The translations under genes and the position numbers were made by a program. A stretch of DNA of 62,000 bases. It comes from Chiloscyllium plagiosum (Eukaryota). Positions 30,201-44,855 of the stretch are shown in pieces. Location of the stretch: the NCBI RefSeq assembly GCF_004010195.1, contig NC_057750.1, positions 5,364,438-5,426,437 on the forward strand, given 5' to 3'. How positions within the stretch are numbered: position 1 is the stretch's first letter; each line of letters opens with the position of its first letter. The notes beneath the pieces are model-generated. The model did no database searches. It had not been told where the DNA came from and was given only the letters and a program-made list of their open reading frames with translations.

Positions 30201-32430
30201 TATTGCCGAATTCATATAGTCTTTGTTTTGCAAATAATATTTCCCTCTTTGCTGTTTGGGTAAGTGCGGTATTCAAGGCTGTCTGAAGGGCTGTAATCCT
30301 TTGTAATTTAGCAATGGAGGGCCTATCAACATACGCTGTCCCAGCTGCCTTCAAGTGAGCCTCGAGTAGATGCTGTTGTTCTCCCTTTTGTTTTTTCTGT
30401 GTTGCCGAGTATGAAATAATGAGACCTTGCACATAAGCCTTAATGGTCTCCCACATCATCGACAGGTTACTGGTCGTGCCTGAGTTAATTTTCAAAAATG
30501 TTTTAAATTCTTGAGAGAAATATTTTACAAATTTACTATCCTTCATTAAGAAGAGTCCATACGCCAATGTCAGGGGCTTGTCTCATCGTCCCTAGTCTTA
30601 ACTTGCATGTATACTGGAGCATGATCAGAGATTATTATATTATCTATTTTGCAGGATAATATGGAGTTCAAAAAGGTTGAGGGAGCAAAAAACATGTCAA
30701 TTCTAGTAAGACACTTATGTGGGTTAAAGTAGAAAGTAAAGTCTCTGCCCTGCAGATGAAGGCACCTCCACACATCCACTAATCCTAGCTCCCTATTCAA
30801 ATCCGCCAATTGTCTGGATCTGAGAGATATACCCGCAGTACCCTTGGGTATCCTGTCTATCTCTGGGTCCATAGTACAATTAAAATCTCCTCCTATAATT
30901 GTGTGACGAGCCCCAAAACCCATCAGTTTGGAGAACGCTTCCATTATAAATTTGAAGGGGTGTGCCGGTGGACAATAAAGATTCAAAATTCCATACTCCT
31001 CGCCATTTGTGAGGGCTTTAGTCAGTATATACCGTCCAGATTCATCTTTTGTCGGACTTAAGATTTTGAAAGGAAGGTTCTTTCGAATGAGAATGACTAC
31101 TCCCCTACTTTTGGAACTAAAAGATGAAAAGAAGGCCTGATCGAATCCTCTTTGTTGTAATTTTAAATGCTTTTTATCCAGTAAGTGTGTCTCCTGTAAG
31201 AGAGCTATATCAACCCTTTCTTTTTTGAGATTTGATAGTATTTTCTTCCTTTTGATTAGTGAATTACTCCCCTTGACATTCCAGGTGCACCAACTAATCG
31301 AATGACTAACCATGATCATCCAGGCAGGTCCGAGACCCCCCCCCGGGAGGAAGAACAGCACCCAAAGCACCTCGAGCACAGACCGTAGAAAATTCACAAA
31401 AGTAGAAATTTTTTAACACATTAACGCCATTATAGTTAAAAACTATTTCTAAATAAGAAAAATATAAAACACATTTAAAAGGAGATTTTCCCCCTTGTTC
31501 CAGGGGGCATCACTACCTGTCAATAAACTCACCGTATCCTTTACCAACCAGCACCCCGCCTTCGACCCAAGAACCACATAACAGAGTAAATAAATTCACA
31601 TGTACTATAAAACCAAAGTTAAAAGTGAGTGCCTCACCCCCACCAATACTTGAATACATTTAGTAAAGATAATACAAAATATAAACATATAAAACTATAA
31701 AGTTACAATCCCAGCAAGTATCAGATAACTTAAGTATAATAACAGAAGAACAAAAAAAAAACCCCGCTCTTAAAAAAAATTGAGGTAGGACAGAGCAAAC
31801 GCTCCCCCCCAACCCCACCCCCCCCACCAGATGAATCAAAGTGGATAACAAATAAGCCCCTCTCCCTGCCTCCCGGAGACGATATTAAACAATAAAGGGG
31901 ATGAAAAGAGAAAGAAAAGGTAAACTGGGGGAGGGGGGGAGCAAATTAGCATCATTAGCCATACAGTTTAATTCTTACAGTCTATTTAAGAGAGTCCAAA
32001 AATTCTTTAACCTTCTCCGGTGATCCAAAGTTATAAACGGATCCTTCATGGCTGAAGCGCTGTGTAGCTGGGTAACAGAAGGAATATTGGATGTTTAAGT
32101 CTCTCAGACGCTTCTTCGCCTCATCAAATGCCTTCCTTTTGCGGACCACAGTTGGAGAGAAATCCTGGAATAGCATAATCCTAGAGCCCTTGTACACCGT
32201 AGCCTGGGGATCCTTCCCCAAGATTCTGGAGGCTTCCACAAACATCTGTTTCTCTCTATAGCATTGGAGCTGGAACAGGACCGGGCGGGGGCGCTGGTCC
32301 GACCTGGGCCTGCATATAGCAACCCAGTGGGCCCACTCTATCTGCACCTGGCCTGATCCGGACTCCAGCTTTAATATTTCAGGGAGCCATTGCTCCAAAA
32401 AAGCTGCCAGCTGGCCTTCCTCTTCCTCTT
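27210..32430 (-). mobile_element. L1-clade LINE, 5'-truncated within ORF1, degenerate
   Basis: ORF1 C-terminal half (31982-~32430; RPRPVLF..QDFSPTVVRKRKAF). ORF2 from ATG at 31313: APE (WNVKG..LQETHL, GGDFN, SDH), KAPGPDGF, RT (RQGCPLSPLLF, YADA), CPKC..HC knuckle, stop at 27552-27554. A-tail at 27210-27217. Several frameshifts. Confidence 0.92.
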
Positions 32431-32489
32431 CTATGTGCACATATAAACCAAAGTCTCTGAACCCGCACACCCCTTTATTCTTTTTATAT

Positions 32490-34900
32490 TCTTTGTATCA
32501 AGTGTATCACCTCACACTTCTCCATGTTGAATTTCCATCTGCTCACTCTGTTGACATGTCAATGCCTTTATGAAGTCCTACACTGTCCTCATCGCCGTTT
32601 ACAATTCTTCCAAATTTTGTATCACCTGCAGACCAATATAAATTAGGAGAATCAAGATTCCCAATACCAACCCCAGGGGAAATCTGCAAACCTTTCCTGG
32701 CCTGAAAAATATCCATTGACCATTGCTCTCTGATTCCTATCACTCAACCGAATGGGTCTATCAATGACTTTGGACTTTCCTTTTTTCTTGGCTGCTAGTC
32801 TTTATTTTCATAGTCTTTTCTTTGCTTCTCCTATTTGCTTTTCCATCCTCCCTCTGAACTTTCTGAATTGATTTTACTACCTGGCTCCTGTCATAATTTT
32901 ATGTTCTTTCATTTCTTTCTCCTTTATAATCCAGACAGCTCCCACATTTGTTGATCTTACTTTCCCATTCGAGGAAACGGACATTTGTTGTACAGAAACC
33001 ATCTTCTTTTTGAAGAATTCCCATCTTTGGCTATTTTTCTTTCCACCAACTTCTGGTTCCAATCTATCTGGCCCAGCTCTTCCATATTAAAGTCTGCTTT
33101 CTGCCAGTTAATTATTCTTACTCAGGGTTGACCGACGTCATTTTCCACTGTGATCCTAAAGCTTATGGTACAATGATCGCTTGATCTATTTAGCCCCCCC
33201 CTCAGTCCTAAGAATCAACTCTAACAGTGCCTCCTTTCCTGTTGGACTGGACGGATAACTGCTGGCGAAAATTCTCCAGACCACAATCTAGGAGAGCTTA
33301 TCTCTTGCCCCTTACATTACCACTACCCTGGTTGACATACAAGGGTGGAGACCCTCATTAAAATTACCCTATGACATTTACACCTCTCTCTCTAAGTTCC
33401 TTATAAAGTTGTTCCACTGTATCCTTCCCAATAGTTGATGGTGGAAGCAGACACAATAGCAGCATTCAAGAAGCACCTGGACAAATGCATGACTGGGAAG
33501 GGAATAGAGGGATATGGATGTTGTAAGTGAAGACAGTTTAGTAAGGAAGGGCAAAATGTGTCAGTGCAGGCTTGTAGGACCAAAGGCCCTGTTCCCTTGC
33601 TGTATTGTTCTTTATATTACACTGACCAAAGTAATTAAATCTTTCTTATTCCTTAGTTCTAGCCAAGTTGGTTTTGGCCTTGAATTCTTTGAAACGTCTT
33701 ACTCCTTAACCAAAAATGTCATCCATCCTCCTTTCACCATTTCCTGTTTTTGTTTGAATACCTTGTAACTAGAGACATTTAATATTCAAATTCACTCTTC
33801 CTTGAGCCGGGTCTCCATTATTACCTCAGCATCGTAATTCCACTATGTCTGTAACTCCCTAATCTCATTAACTCTATTTTGTGCTTTCACACACATGCAT
33901 TGTAACCCTAATTTAGACTTCATTACTTCCCTTACTTTGATAGAATTTATGTAATATTGTCTATTCTGGTGCTAACTGCCTCGTCCAGCATTTTGTTGAT
34001 GCTGGTTTTACTTTCTAATATTCTCTCCTGTTTCCCATATCCCCTTTGAGTTAGTTTAAACCCTCTCCAACAGCACTGGCAACATGTCATGGAAGGAGCT
34101 CAATCTTAGCTCTGTTCAGGTGCTACCTCTCCCAGAGCCAGTCTAGAACTCTAAAGCCCTTCCCAGTGGATCATCCTGCCAGCTACACATTACTGTGTTT
34201 TATCTTCCAAGTTCTATATTTACTTGAACGTGGCACTGGGACTAATCTGCAGGTTGCTACTGTAGAGATGCTGCTTGCTAACTTTCTACCTAGCTCTCTT
34301 AATTCCAATTGCAAGATCACAGTCTGCTTCCTGCCTGTGTCGTCGGTACCAGTATGGACCATGAATATTGATGCTAGTTCTAGCCCAGGAGAAAGTCCTA
34401 CAGCCATTCTGTGACTTCCCTAATCCTAGTCCCAGGGAGGCAACACCACCCCAGCCCCACCCTGAGTGATGTTTTGTTATCTCCCCCTACCTGAAGAATC
34501 CTCTGTCAGTCCTGCACAGCTGAGCTTTTCATGGTGCCACGGGCTGGATTCTTGGTGCACCCCTCCAAGGACCGATCACACTCACTAATATCTGGAGTGA
34601 AGAAACCGGTTAGTGAGCACTCCTATTTATTAGTCTATGACTGCTTGACATTCACCCATTCCTGTTTCATATCATTCTGTCTCTGCATGTTTGCCTCCAA
34701 CTTGCAGTATGACTATCTTTCTGAATGAGCTATCCTCTGCCTAGTGGTTACATCTCAGTGACTCTAGCCACAGCTTGAGCCCTGAAACCCAGACCTGAAG
34801 CTTGTGTTAGTAGTGACACTTTCTGAATGAGGTCTCATCTAGGTCAGGAAAAGTGGCATAGCACGAGCCTTGTGCTTGGCCGAACTGCCCTGTCATATAT
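32490..34900 (-). mobile_element. Old CR1-type LINE remnant (ORF1 esterase region and ORF2 pieces)
   Basis: ORF 34183-34407 (VHTGTDDTGRK..LRELGRKLAS..LVPVPR) resembles the SGNH-esterase ORF1 of CR1; a decayed FADD-region-like piece lies near 32610-32630. Confidence 0.6.
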
Positions 34901-36364
34901 CAATCTGTACTTTCAAATTACTTTACTTACTATAACTTTAGTCACTTTGACTTACTTCAACTAAAAACTGGAAATTAGTAGAAATTCATCTTTACAAATC
35001 AGCTCCTTCTCCTGCTGTTATAAATTCTTGCCCTGTGCTAGTTTAGAAATATACATTTTTCAGAATCGTTAGGGTTGAAACATTCAGTCAGTAACAGCAG
35101 CTGCTCAACAACCAGTCAACTCAACTTCTATGGATCACTCTTTGACTGCTTTCTCATCTCCTTGTGCTGTTTCATCTGTCATCTTTTGCTTTTTTAGGAG
35201 CTGGTAACAGTCTGTAGCTCCTTTGCCCTTCTACTCATTTTGATGCTACTGCCCCTTGCCCTCCTCTGTCCCATTCTGTTGAAATCTACTGACCCTCTCC
35301 AAGTCCTACTCTCTCCCATTCTGTTTGGCTCTATTAACTATCTCCAGGCCCTCCTGACTCCCACTTTGTTATAATTTACTGACTCTCTCCTACTCTGTTA
35401 GAATCTACTGACTATCTTCAGTCCTACTTGCTCTTGCTCTGGCTGATCTTCTTCCTCTACTCCATTTTGCCACACTATCCCCTTGATATCTTTATTAGCT
35501 GTAAAGTGTTTCAATGTGCTCAGGTCATGAAGTGTATTGTATATGAGCAAGCCTTTCTTCAAAAATGCTTCTTTACAGCAGCAACTAATGATTCACTGAG
35601 ATGTTGGGACATGGTCAATAGAATGAGTTCCTCTTGTTTATTATGGGGAAAATGTGTGTCATATGGGGGGAAAATGACGGAAGGCTCTTGCTGCTAATTC
35701 TGTTTGGGACTCCTCCTGCCAGAACACTCCATCAGTCTGGCCTGTCTCATTCCATCTCACACGTCCACTACAATTCATTGGGAGCCACTTAGTGACACCT
35801 AGCTGCAACTAGCTCACCCCTTTTTCTAGTACCCCCTCCCCCGCCCCCTTTATCGATGAGAAAAGATCTTATCAGCTCTGATCAAACAGTTGAAATACAA
35901 ACATATTCCTCACTGCATATCACTTCTTAGAGTTTGCTTTTGCAATTTCAAGTACCTACATTCATCATATGGTCCGGATCTGGAATGTTCAGCATATGTC
36001 TCAGCATTCCCAGGAGGAATTCCAACATAACACTTGGGCAAAATAAAACTTTGCTGTTAAATTTGCGCTTCTCTGGAAACAGACACTTCAGTCCAACTTG
36101 TCCATGCTGACCAGCACCTCCAGTGGCAGAAAGTTGTATTTGCATCGTGACTGATATGCATAGGTAGTTTCTGCATCGAATGTATAATGGATTAAGTGGG
36201 CATGATGCGTGCACAGCACATTTTTGACAGCAAACAGCGATAAGTACTGACTTAACAATCTTAGTTTGATCATTCAATCATTCAGATGATTGCTGAGAGA
36301 ATGCTGAACTGTCTTAGGGTGAGACAATAAACTGAATCTATGACTCTGCAAGGCTCTGGTTTGA

Positions 36365-37030
36365 TAGAGTCATAGAGATGTACAGTACGGAAATAGACTC
36401 TTCGGTCCAACTCATCCATGCGAACCAGATATCCCAACTCAATCTAGTCCTACCTGCCAGCACCCGGCCCATATCCCTCCAAACCCTTCCTATTCATATA
36501 TCCATCCAGATGCCTTTTAAATGTTGCAATTGTACCAGCCTCCACCACTTCCTCTGGCAGCTCATTCCATACACAAACCACCCTCTGCGTGAAAAAGTTG
36601 CCCCTTAGGTCTGTTTCATATCTTTCCCCTCTCACCCAAAACCTATGCCCTCTAGTTCTGGACTCCCCCACCCCAGGGAAAAGACTTTGCCTATTTATGC
36701 CCCTCATAATTTTGTAAACCTCTAAAAGGTCACCCCTCAGCCTCCAACGCTCCAGGAAAAACAGCCCCAAGCCTGTTCAGCTACTCCCTGTAGCTCAAAT
36801 CCTTCAACCCTGGCAACATCCTTGTAAATATCTTCTGAACCCTTTCAAGTTTCACAACATCTTTCCGATAGGAAGAAGACCAGGATTGCATGCAATATTC
36901 CAACAGTGGCCTAACCAATGTCCTGTACAGCTGGAACATGACCTCCCAACTCCTGTACTCAATTCTCTGACCAATAAAGGAAAGCATACCAAACACCTTC
37001 CTCACTATCCTATCTACCTGCGACTCCACT
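36365..37030 (-). mobile_element. CR1 3' fragment
   Basis: ORFs 36450-36770 and 36781-37050 carry CR1 C-terminal motifs. Confidence 0.88.
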
Positions 37031-40000
37031 TGTGAAAGATCCCACTGCATTATTTAACCAGGACTTTCATCCTGACTAACACACAATATAGATTACATAG
37101 TCAATTCTGTTTCAGTATTGGTTTTGGAAGTTTGCTGTGTATGTTCCCTACACTGGCAGACAATGAGGACTGCAGATGCTGGAGATTAGAATCAAAAAAT
37201 GTGGTGCTGGAAAAGCACAGCCAGTCAGGCAGCACCTGAGGAGCAGGAGAGTTGACGGTTCGAGCATAAGCATTCCTTTTTGACTATGTTTCCTGCACTA
37301 AAGGTAAAGTCACCATAGTTCTAGAGGGCTGTTGTCTCATTAGAGACAGAATTAAATAGTGCCGAGGGGTGAGGTTGAGAAGGCAGGACCTTCCTAATAA
37401 CCTCAGCTGGTGCGAGAATTGAACTCACGCTGTTGGTGCCACTCTGTATCACAGCTACCTGAGCTAACTAACCTTCCTACAGACTTTATCCCTTGTCTGA
37501 GGCGCAATTACCCTTGGCAGCAGTTGTCTGTCTCTAATGAGAGAGCAGCCCCATGATCCTCTGGGGCTACGGTAATTTTTACCTTTTCCCACATTGCAAC
37601 AGTGACCACACGTCCAGAGCGAAACAAACTCGCCATGAAGTGGTTTGGGACGTCCTGAGGTTGTGAGAGATCTGTAAAAGTTCACCTTTCCTCATAGTTT
37701 GAAATGATTGATTTGGGGGAGGTGACAAAGAAATAAATAAAGTGCAGTCGGACATTATGCTTTGGCGCCCAGTGAGACAAGCTTAATGGGTACAACCCAC
37801 CTTTTCCTGTCAGCTTCTTAACATGCCTGATTCCCTTTCTTTATATAAACCTCAGTCACACCTGGATTATGGCTGATACAAGCTTCCACTCTGCAATTTT
37901 TTAACAGCAACTCAGTTCAACCGGTTATTCAACATTTGAGGAGAAATCAAGATTTCTGAGTAACTTAAACAGATTGCTAAGTGAATCCTCTCCTCTCTGC
38001 CCTAGAGGCTGGCTACAATCTATGGAAATCTCCATCGCTTGTGACTAGTACAATAACAATAAACGTCATTCGGTGGAATGCCTCTCACTGTTTTCAAAAT
38101 AAGAATATTTCTCTTATTATGAAAACAAAAAGCTTTTAAAATTTCTTGCTGTCTAATCACTAACTGACAGCTCCCAATGGTATGTAGGACATTCCAATGT
38201 TAAAAGTATATTCTCTAAATTGGAATAGTTCTGTACTGGTTAATTATTGCCTGTTACCATTGTTTTTGTCTAGTCTGTAAAGGTGCGGCGTTAACTCAGT
38301 TTCTGGAGTAAAATATCCCTTTGCAATTCATCCATCAAATATTTGCGTTCCATCAAAAGTATTTTGAGTCATGCCCATTTCCTTTTTGACAATGCAGAAG
38401 TGACTGAGGAAACCCCAGTTCAGGGTTTCTCCCACGTGGGGGTCAGGAACACGTGTGGGGTCACGAGTTCAGAGACAGCACTTAGCTCCACCATTCTCTC
38501 CAGCTCTTCCAGCCTTCTTCCGGAGCCCTCCAATTCTCACTGAGAGGTTACAGTAACTTCCCAGCCATGAAATGGTGGGGGGAAGATGGGCTCAGTGGTT
38601 AGCATTGCTGCCTTAGAGCACCAGGCACCTGGGTTCAATTCCAGCCTCGGGTGACTGTCTGTGTGGAGTTTGCACTTTCTCCTTGTGTTTGCATGGGTTT
38701 CCTCCGGGTGCTCTGATTTCCTCCAAAGATGTGTAGGTCAGGTGGATTGGCCATGGGAAATGTGGGGATAGGATGGCTCTAAGTGGGATGCTCTTGGGAG
38801 GATCGGTGTGGATTCAATGGGCCAAATGGCCTGCTCCCACGCTGTAGGGATTCTATTCTAGGATCCCTCTGCGTGCCAGATATCAGACGGAGTGGTACAG
38901 CATGGAAACAGACCCTTTGATCCAATTTGTCCTTGCTAAATAGCCTAGATTAATCTCGTCCCGTTTCGCCCATATCCCTCTAAACCTTTCCTATTCACAT
39001 AACCATCCAGATGCTCTTTAAATGTTGTAATTGTACCAGCCTCCACCATTTCCTTTGGCAGCTTGTTCCATACACGCACCACCCTCTGTTTGAAAAGGTT
39101 GCCCTTCTCACCTTAAACCTTTGCCCTCTAGTTTTGTACTTCCCTACTCTGAGAAAAAGACCTTGGCTATTCAATCTATCCATGCCTCTCATGGTTTTAT
39201 AAACCTCTGTAAGGTCACGCCTCAGCCTACACTCATCTCTGGTGATTGAACTAACCAGATTTCCTCTGCATTTTGAACTTTGGAATAAAAAAAATCCTCC
39301 TTAATGTAACATAATGAAAGGGCCAGACAAAAGCAGAGCAGCACCTGGGTGGAAGAAACAGAATTAACGTTTCAGAGTTGGAGAGAAGTATGTACGTCAG
39401 AGATCTTGATTTGTTGGAAGTGGGTTGGGAGAGAGAACAGGAGGAACAGTACAGGAGCTCTGTGGTAGGGGAGATTAGCTCACTAAAGATTTCAGGAGCA
39501 GGTAGATTCAAGTTGGTGGCAACCCAGCAAGTCTGAGTCTGTAGTGCTTTGCCCAAGACTCAGGCAAAGTGGGGTACCCGCCTCCACCACATCCTCTAAA
39601 CCATTTAAAATAACTTTTACTCAGCATATTTAGCCATTTTGCACCAAACAGTTTGGTGCTGTGCTTAAAATGACTAAAGGGAGAGATAGTATTGAGGCTT
39701 CATTATTAGAGGCAGAGTAGAAAAGCAATGAGATTATATTGATTACATAGGACACTGGTTAGACCTCAAGTGAAATATTAGATCGAGCTCTGGGCCCCAC
39801 ACTTTAGGAAGGATGTGAATGCATTGGAGAGGGTGCAGGGGAAGCTTAAAAGGTTAATGGATGAGAAACTGCAGTTATGAGGAAAGATTGGGGTATTGTT
39901 GAAGGACCCTTGGTAAATTGCTGTAGTGCTTTGTAGACAGTACAATACCACTGCTACTGTATTGGTTGGGAAGGTAGGAAATGTTGAAGGTGGTGAATAC

Positions 40001-41256
40001 AGTGCCAATTAAGCAGGCTGTTTAGTTATGGTGGTTGTTGAGCTTCATGGATGTTGCTGGAGCTGTGCCCATTTAGGCAAGAGTACTCCATTACACTCCT
40101 GACTTGTACCTTTCGGTGGTGCACAAGCATTAGGAAGACAGGAGGTGAGTTAGCCACTGCTGGATTCCTAGTCTCGGAGCTGAGTCATACAGCACAGAAA
40201 CAGAACCTCAGTCTGACCCGTCCATGCAGACCAAACATCCCAATCTGACCCAGTCCCATTTGTCAGCATTTGGCCCATATTCCTCCAAACCCTTCCTGTT
40301 CATATACCCATCCAGATGTATTTTAAATACTTTAATTGTACCATTCTCCACCACTTCCTCTGGCAGATCATTCCATACACACACCATCTCGTGTGAAAAA
40401 GATATCCCTCGGGCTCTTCGTGGAACAGCACGGTGGCTCAGTGGTTAGTACTGCTGCCTCACAGTGCCAGGGCCCCAGGTTCGATTCCAGCCTCAGGTAA
40501 CTGTGCTTGTAGAGTTTGCATTCTCCCCATATTTGCGTGGATGTCCTCTGGCTGCTCCAGTTTCCTCCCACAATCCAAAGATGTGCAGGTTAGGTGAATT
40601 GGCTATGCTAAATCGCCCATAGTGTTCAGGGATGTGTACATTAGATGTATTAGTCAGGGGTAAATATATGGTAGGAGAATGGGTTACTCTTCGGAGGGTC
40701 TGTGTGCACTTGTTGGGCCAAAGGGCTTGCTTCCATACTTTAAGGATTCTATGATAAATCTGGCCCCTCACACCTTAAATCTATGTCCTCTAGTTTTAGA
40801 CTTCCCCACCCTAAGAAAAAAACAATGGCTATTCACCCTATCCACGTGCTTATGATTTTATATACCTCTAAGATCACCATAATTTATATGACTGGTCCAG
40901 TTCCATTTCTGATTAATGACAACACCCAGGATGTTGATTGTGGGCAATGTAGAAAAGATAACATCAAAGACAGATGGTTAGATTCTCTATTGTTTGAGAT
41001 GATCACTACCTGGCCAGCCTGGTGTAAAAGTTAATTGCTGCTTCGTGGCCTGGATGTTATCCAAGTCTTGGGACAACAGCCAACAAGCTCTAACAAATAG
41101 GCAGAGGGATAACTGATTAGAAAATGCAGTTTTATTGAGGGACAAAGAATGATCAGAATACAGAGAACTCCCTTACTCTTGCTTGAAATTAGGAACTACT
41201 TGTATTTTTCTAAGGGCAGACCTCAGTTTAACCTGCATAATATAAGGTCTGCATTT

Positions 41257-42086
41257 TGTACATAATTTATTTTAGATGCTGGTTTTTGGTCTGTATATAT
41301 GAGGGAGTTTAAAGACTATGTTGTCAGTTATTTAGACACCAATGGTGTTTTGAAACCAGTATAAGAGAGTTCCTGGAGTATTAATAGAAATTTGCCTGCA
41401 TTAGGAGAATTTTACATGCAGAGTAAATATTGACGAGCATTAGCTTGCTTTCAATTAGAAAGATCAGTTTTGATTTCAGTTCTCACAGTCCTAGTTGAAG
41501 TTAGATGGAAGAACATAGTTCTCCTGGAGCAAGGAGTTAGATCAGAAATATAGGAACATGCTACCTCAGCGTAAAGATTTAGTTTTAAAAGGTCCAGAAG
41601 TGTTTGTTTAGTACCCTGAAGACATTATCTGATGCCAAGAAAGTGTAAACTCAGCGATATGAATATTCAAGGAAGAAACTATCAAACTCTTAACACCAGG
41701 AATTAAAAGCTATGATTCAGTTAAACCTATAGATGGGATAGAGAAGGGAATTCTCTCAAGTAATTGAGTATTGTAAAGTGATGCTGTTGAGACACATAGA
41801 ACATTGTATTCTGAAGTGTTTTGAAAATTTTCTTTTGTGCTTCTGTGAAAATTCTTTTGTGAAAATTGTGCTACAAATTGTTTGTATAAATAGCTTAGTT
41901 TATTCTATTTTATCTTTTCTTTTGCATAATAAACTGGTCTCATTGTTAAAACCAAATCAGTAGCATTGCATGCTTGTTTTTCAGTAAAAGATCACCTCAA
42001 CAAATAAAAAACAAGTGATTTATCAAATTAAATTGCAACGTGCGGTCTGATTTGTCCAGTAATCACATATCACCAGTTAGCAAACA
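41257..42086 (+). mobile_element. Possible solo LTR
   Basis: An ~830-bp TG...CA block with AATAAA at 41928 appears to split an older SINE-like repeat; no TSD seen. Confidence 0.3.
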
Positions 42087-43482
42087 CTGACAGCACGGTA
42101 CTCTCTGAGTGCTGCATGGAAGAGTCATAGGGATATGGTGATTTTGTGGTAATTATCCTGAGGCTCAGGCTAATATCTAGTACAAGGATTCAAATCCCAT
42201 TGTGGCAGGTGGTAAATTTCATTTCAAACAATAAATGTGGAACTGACAGCTTGGGAGATGAAGAAAACTGTAAAAACCTACTACATTGAAGTACCTTTAG
42301 GGAAGGGAATCTGCCATCTTTTCCCTGATTTGTTGTAGATTCACAGCAGTATAGTCTATTCTCTTTTGCCCTCAAAAAACAAGTCAGGTAACATAACAGC
42401 TAGCAATGCTCACATTCCAAAAACAACGAACAAACAAAATGTTAGCCTCAATTATGAGCTAAAAGCTGTGAGGTCTGAACACAACCTCCCTGGCTAAGAG
42501 CGCTACGAAACCAAAAGTAAAAAAAAAAATGCTCATTATGTTCAAACCTAACAGCATCAAAACAAGTTTTACAGCTATATTTGCAAATATTTATTTGTCA
42601 GTTTTTGTAGAAAGAGAAAAAGTGCTGGTTATCTTCAGTGGTTAATATCAGTCTTTAAGGCAAGCAAAGCACTAACTAGCAATCCCAGTATGCAGCTACA
42701 AGAAAATGTATGATACAATTAAAATAAAACAATTCAACAAAAAGTTTAACAACAAAGCCAAAATTGTAGACTCTAAAGAAAAACATTGCTGCATTCTAAC
42801 AGTGCCTACATGACACAAAGCATGACAAAAACATATCATTCAATATCTCAACATCAAAACCAAACCAGACATTCTGTACATATGTAATGTTTAAAAAAAA
42901 TGCTGTAATGGAGAATAACTGTAGAAAACAAAGGACCATATTTTCATGATAGCTTTTAACTGATACTGATAGATTAGCCAGAGCATTGCAAATGAATGAG
43001 AGCCTTCTAAAACCAGCATCACCCTCATGGCCAGAGTCTGCAATTACAGTATTGCAGGTAACCGTTCACATATTCACATTCCACATATTTTTACAGGTAG
43101 CTTCAACCTCAGAATGTTGAAATTGTGACCAGATATCAGTACAACAGGAAAGTGGACAAAAGACACACAAACAAGATTTCTTCTAACAATAAAGGGCTGC
43201 TTTCAAGATGAATATCATACTAGTTTCCCATTTCAAGAGGGATTTAAAGAATCAAATTCCTACAAATGACTGAATAGGGTGAATCTTATTCACTATCATT
43301 GCTTGAGGAGTTTAACTTGGATAGTCTTTCTCAATGTGAAGCTTGAACTGGTTTTACCATGTACTCAATAAAAAAGTCATGCTAAGAAACAAACTGTTGG
43401 CAATCAAACATTACTATCCAACCAGCAAGCGTGAAAACACTTGTTGCAGCCAATCAGATTTGGATTGGGGCAGAATGTGTAT

Positions 43483-43506
43483 GAGAGAGAGAGAGAGAGA
43501 GAGAGA
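43483..43506 (+). repeat. (GA)12 microsatellite
   Basis: Directly visible. Confidence 0.95.
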
Positions 43507-44849
43507 TTGAGAGCTCAGGAGTGACTGAGTGACAAACTGCTCAGGCTAATGCTCTGGGGAAAGTAAAACAGAAATTGCTGGAGAAACTCAGCAGATCTAA
43601 CAGCAACCGTGAAGAGAAAGCAGAGTTAACATTTCAGGTCCAGTGATCCTTCTTCAGATTTTCAGCATTTGCACTCCCATTGTTTCATTATAATACATTG
43701 GGGATATTGTTTCAACTTTCATGACAGCAGCTGAAATCCTTACCCAAACTAGTCTAGATAAGACTCCAAGTCCAGAGATATCGGCTCGAGTCCTGTCTGC
43801 CCTCTCCACTCAGTTGAACGGCTAATATTGGCCCTGCCAGTGATTCAGGTGTGGAGCAAAATAATTTTATAAAACGAATCAGGCTGAGACTTTACGGTGC
43901 CACATTTCCAGCTTATTTTCTCAGCAAAAGACGGATGGGTGGAACAAGGAGATTTTAAAGTCCAAACTATATAGCTTTTTTAAACACTATAGTCATTAAC
44001 CAGATTGTGACGAATATTGCAGTGTCCGGTTTTGCTCACAAGGTCTATGCATTTTCAAAAATGGGTTAACAGGGCTGTTAAGACCAGTATTTCTTTTGCT
44101 GTGAAGTACTCCTGTCACCAGGAAAAAGACCTTCAAACTTCAGACTGCTTCTCTCCCCAGTCCTCCAGGGGACAAAATGAATAGATGTCTCCCAACAGCA
44201 ACATGGAACATCAGCTTTAGAAGTCAGATCCCTTTTAACACTGAGGAAGAATTGGGCAAACTGGGCTTCATTCTCTAGTTTCAAAGAATCAGACGTGATC
44301 TCATTGAAACCGACAAAATAGTTACAAAGGAATTGACAGGTAGATGCAGGGAGGACAGGGAGCATGGAATCCAGGGCCACAATTTAAAAATAAAGAAATG
44401 CCATTGAAGACTGAGACATGGAGAATTTTATATTTTACTCAGAGGGTTGAGAGTCTTTGGAATTCTCTACTCAGAGGGAAGTGGAGGCTTAGCCATCAGT
44501 AATGTTTAAAGGTTAAAAGATTTCTGGCATCAATTGTTATAGGGCACGTGTGGGTAAAAGGTACTGAAGTATTTGATCAGCTACGATTGTATTAAAGGGT
44601 AGAGCAGAAGTCTGATGGGCTGAATGACCTATCGCACACTCTTATGCCTGTCAGCTTGCAGAAGAGGATTTACCACTCATATCAACTCATCAAACTATTG
44701 CAAAGCTGGAGTTCAGACATTCTGAAATATTAATATTTTAAATGTAAATGTACCGAAACAATGACCATGAAATACATGTGCTATGCATTTTTTTTGCATG
44801 AATTGCTAATTACTTTTATGAAACCAGAAAATCGGTTTTGCATTTCAGC

Positions 44850-44855
44850 TTTATT
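44850..44855 (-). terminator. Candidate proximal poly(A) signal of the IkB-beta-like gene
   Basis: AATAAA on - about 1.2 kb after the stop; a distal candidate lies at 42590-42595. Confidence 0.35.

Noticed and set aside
43234..43260. Alternative last IkB exon EFDSLNPS* (- strand), and SGPYDEC near 35960-35980
   Set aside because: No IkB-beta motif or wrong phase; 46095-46130 has a much stronger acceptor and motif match
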